Shown here piece by piece: positions 61,701-64,000 of a stretch of 64,000 nucleotides of DNA. Below the pieces are notes generated by a model, which worked only from the letters and a program-made list of their open reading frames with translations, searched no databases and was not told the DNA's origin. A program made the position numbers and the translations under genes. Position 1 is the stretch's first letter, and every line of letters begins with the position of its first letter. Origin of the DNA: Azolla caroliniana (Eukaryota; Plantae; Polypodiophyta); NCBI GenBank assembly GCA_043228905.1, contig JBHGNT010000017.1, forward strand, positions 4,092,001 to 4,156,000, read 5' to 3'.

Positions 61701-63166
61701 GGGTATAGACAACAATTACAGAAATTATGAGAGACAGGGAATGTGTCTTACCATCCATGGTAGGGCACCAGTATGGAAGAATGTGTGAGATGCCCAATGA
61801 CATTATTGAGCGCTTTGTTGTTGGAGAAGCTTCCATGTCCACTGCAAAAGACCATGAGTATGAATGCTTTTATGAGGGTTAGGGTTTAGCGTGAAGAAAG
61901 AGAAAGGGAAGAAAGAAGAAGAATAAATGACAGTTTTTAAGGGTTCAGGTTTAGTATGAAGCAAACGAATGAAATGAACAAAAATCTTACCGATTATGAA
62001 AACAAAAAGGGCTTCGCATAAAAAGAAGAGAGAAGGAAAAGGTGAAAAAATAAATAAATAATAAGAAATATACTAATCACTAACAGCGTTAAAGTTTAGG
62101 AAGACGAATGAAAATAAAATTCTACTTAATCATGGGAAATTTTATTGTTTAGCAGAAAAAAGTCATTCTAAAAACGTACAAATCATGGGAAAAACTAGGT
62201 ATTTGCAGATAAAGAAGAAACAATGATTCTATGGAACGAGAAATTAAGCTTTGGAAAGAAGAACAAAGAACAAATTAAACAATGATCTACGGAATGACAA
62301 ACGCAGAAACAAGAACTAGAAACACATAAACAATACCGATCACGAAAAATTGAACCAATTCTGCAGCTTGGCATGGAGAAACAACAAAAAGAAATAGCCA
62401 ATCCCATACAAATTTGAAGTTTTAAAATAACAAATGAGACATAATTAAGGTCTCCCAGAGAAATAAGAAGAACCTAAAACAAAACCCAATAATCATGTCA
62501 TAGAGAACAAAAAAACATGCGATGGCAAAGCAAAGCATTAAGGTTTGGCAATGAAAGAAAATAACAAGAAGCATTGTGATAAACCGTAGAACAATGATTA
62601 AGACTTTGAAAGATGGAAGAAGAGAAAAAGGGATGTGTGTACCAATCATGGCCGAGGACGAAAAGCGCCCAAAACATGGTGCCTTGGGCGAACCAATAAA
62701 GGGGCCATACGAGCCAATTGTCGAGAAAGGCTGCTCCAGCGGCAAGGCAGGCCACCACTACCACATCTCTGATAACATAGCCCACTGATCTCCATGGATC
62801 CTTCACCCAACAATGTTTGGGGATGGCTGCGCGGATGTCCGCCAGAGTGAAAGGGGGCGGAGCCGCAGGGTCAAAGACCTGTTCTGTGGTTTCTCCAGGG
62901 GGAGGAGGAAGAGGAGACACCATGGTGGCGGCATTACCTGAAGCCATGCTTACGCAGCGGAAAACATGCGGATTGTTGGTATTGCAATGGAGATTGTGAC
63001 GAAGAGAACGAGTTGTCGTGGTCAGTCTCATCGTCGCGGTGCCGCAGCTGCGCCGGAGTGCATTCTTCACCTGGCTCGAAGCCGAAGCTTCAGTGGAGCA
63101 GAGGGGAGGAGGACAAGAAGAAGAAGAAGAAGAAGAGCAAGGAACAATGAGTGAGGATATCTCCAT
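58754..63166 (-). CDS. FAD7: Plastidial omega-3 fatty acid desaturase (FAD7/FAD8 type); 8 exons: 63166-62643, 61841-61752, 60168-60102, 60020-59931, 59837-59652, 59407-59327, 59183-59046, 58927-58754
   Basis: Ser/Thr-rich transit peptide, [30 protein letters not shown], His boxes HDCGH, HRTHH and HVVHH; internal exon sizes 90/67/90/186/81/138 fit the family pattern. Confidence 0.95.
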
Positions 63167-64000
63167 GGCTAGGCAAGAATTGCAGCAAAAACAGGGGCTC
63201 GATGTCAAGCCCCTTCCTTCTGTAATGTTGTTACCAGCTCAGCCTTCTCTCTGTATCTGCCTCTGCCTCTGCCTCTGCTTCTGGAAGTCTCACTTTCTGT
63301 GTGTGTTTGTGTGGGTGTGGGTGTGGTCTTATCCATCATCAGTCATCAGTCATTAGTCATCATCCCCATCCACACACATACCATCTCCATTCCATGCTTC
63401 AAATTTTCTCTGTGTGTTTGTGCTTGTGCTTCTTATATGAATGATTGTGTATACATACATTATACATATATGAATGGTACTGGTATATCAAGTCTCTCAG
63501 GCAGGCCATGATTTACATACATACAAACCTCATATTCTCGGGTTCGGATTCCAGTTCTCGTCAATCTTATCGTGTGCTCATTATTTTATGTTGGTTCTTT
63601 CCGGCACGTTCCACCTACCTATACCCACAGGGCTTTCGAGAAACCATAATGTCATTTGCCCCAACGAGCTCAAAGAGATGTGGCGCTCCACACTACCTAA
63701 TTTGGTGGTACCCTATTATGAAAATGACATTCATCGTTATTACAACATAAGGTGAAAACCATGTTATGAACTTTGAAGGAGGAGACGTGCACACATATGA
63801 ATTATAGATGGTGCGATTACAAACCATGGTCGATCGGATAATTGTCCACTAGCTATATGAACCTGTCTTGGACCTAATAGACTCCTTGAGTACGGTTAAC
63901 ATATGTACATTCACGTTAGCTACTCCCCCATTATAAAACTCACCCACTATAATAGTTCCATAATTACAATGCAAAACAAACAAGAGTGTGACTAAGAGTT

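Overview
Nuclear DNA from a land plant; the transposon clades suggest a non-seed plant, probably a fern (inference). Bases 1 to ~43.7 kb are a nested retrotransposon pile. Two decayed L1-type LINEs carry: a Tcn1/Tf1-like chromovirus (A), itself split by a tRNA-Trp-primed Ty3/gypsy (B); a solo LTR; a 5'-truncated Ty3/gypsy with an extra 3' ORF (C); and three related Ty1/copia elements (D, internally deleted and carrying a TA-flanked DNA transposon; E, decayed; F, intact with a perfect TSD). Bases 47.7-63.2 kb hold two intron-containing host genes on the minus strand: a GTE8-12-type bromodomain/ET protein with a plastid-type tRNA-Asn in one intron, and a plastidial omega-3 desaturase (FAD7/8) with a GC-AG intron. 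The best leads are a -1 frameshift heptamer plus pseudoknot placed after the protease in B, a self-priming signal in A with a palindrome over the predicted start site, antisense tRNA-like Pol III A/B boxes in two unrelated LTRs, and duplicated polypurine tracts in D and E. Everything was read by eye; no alignments or searches were run.
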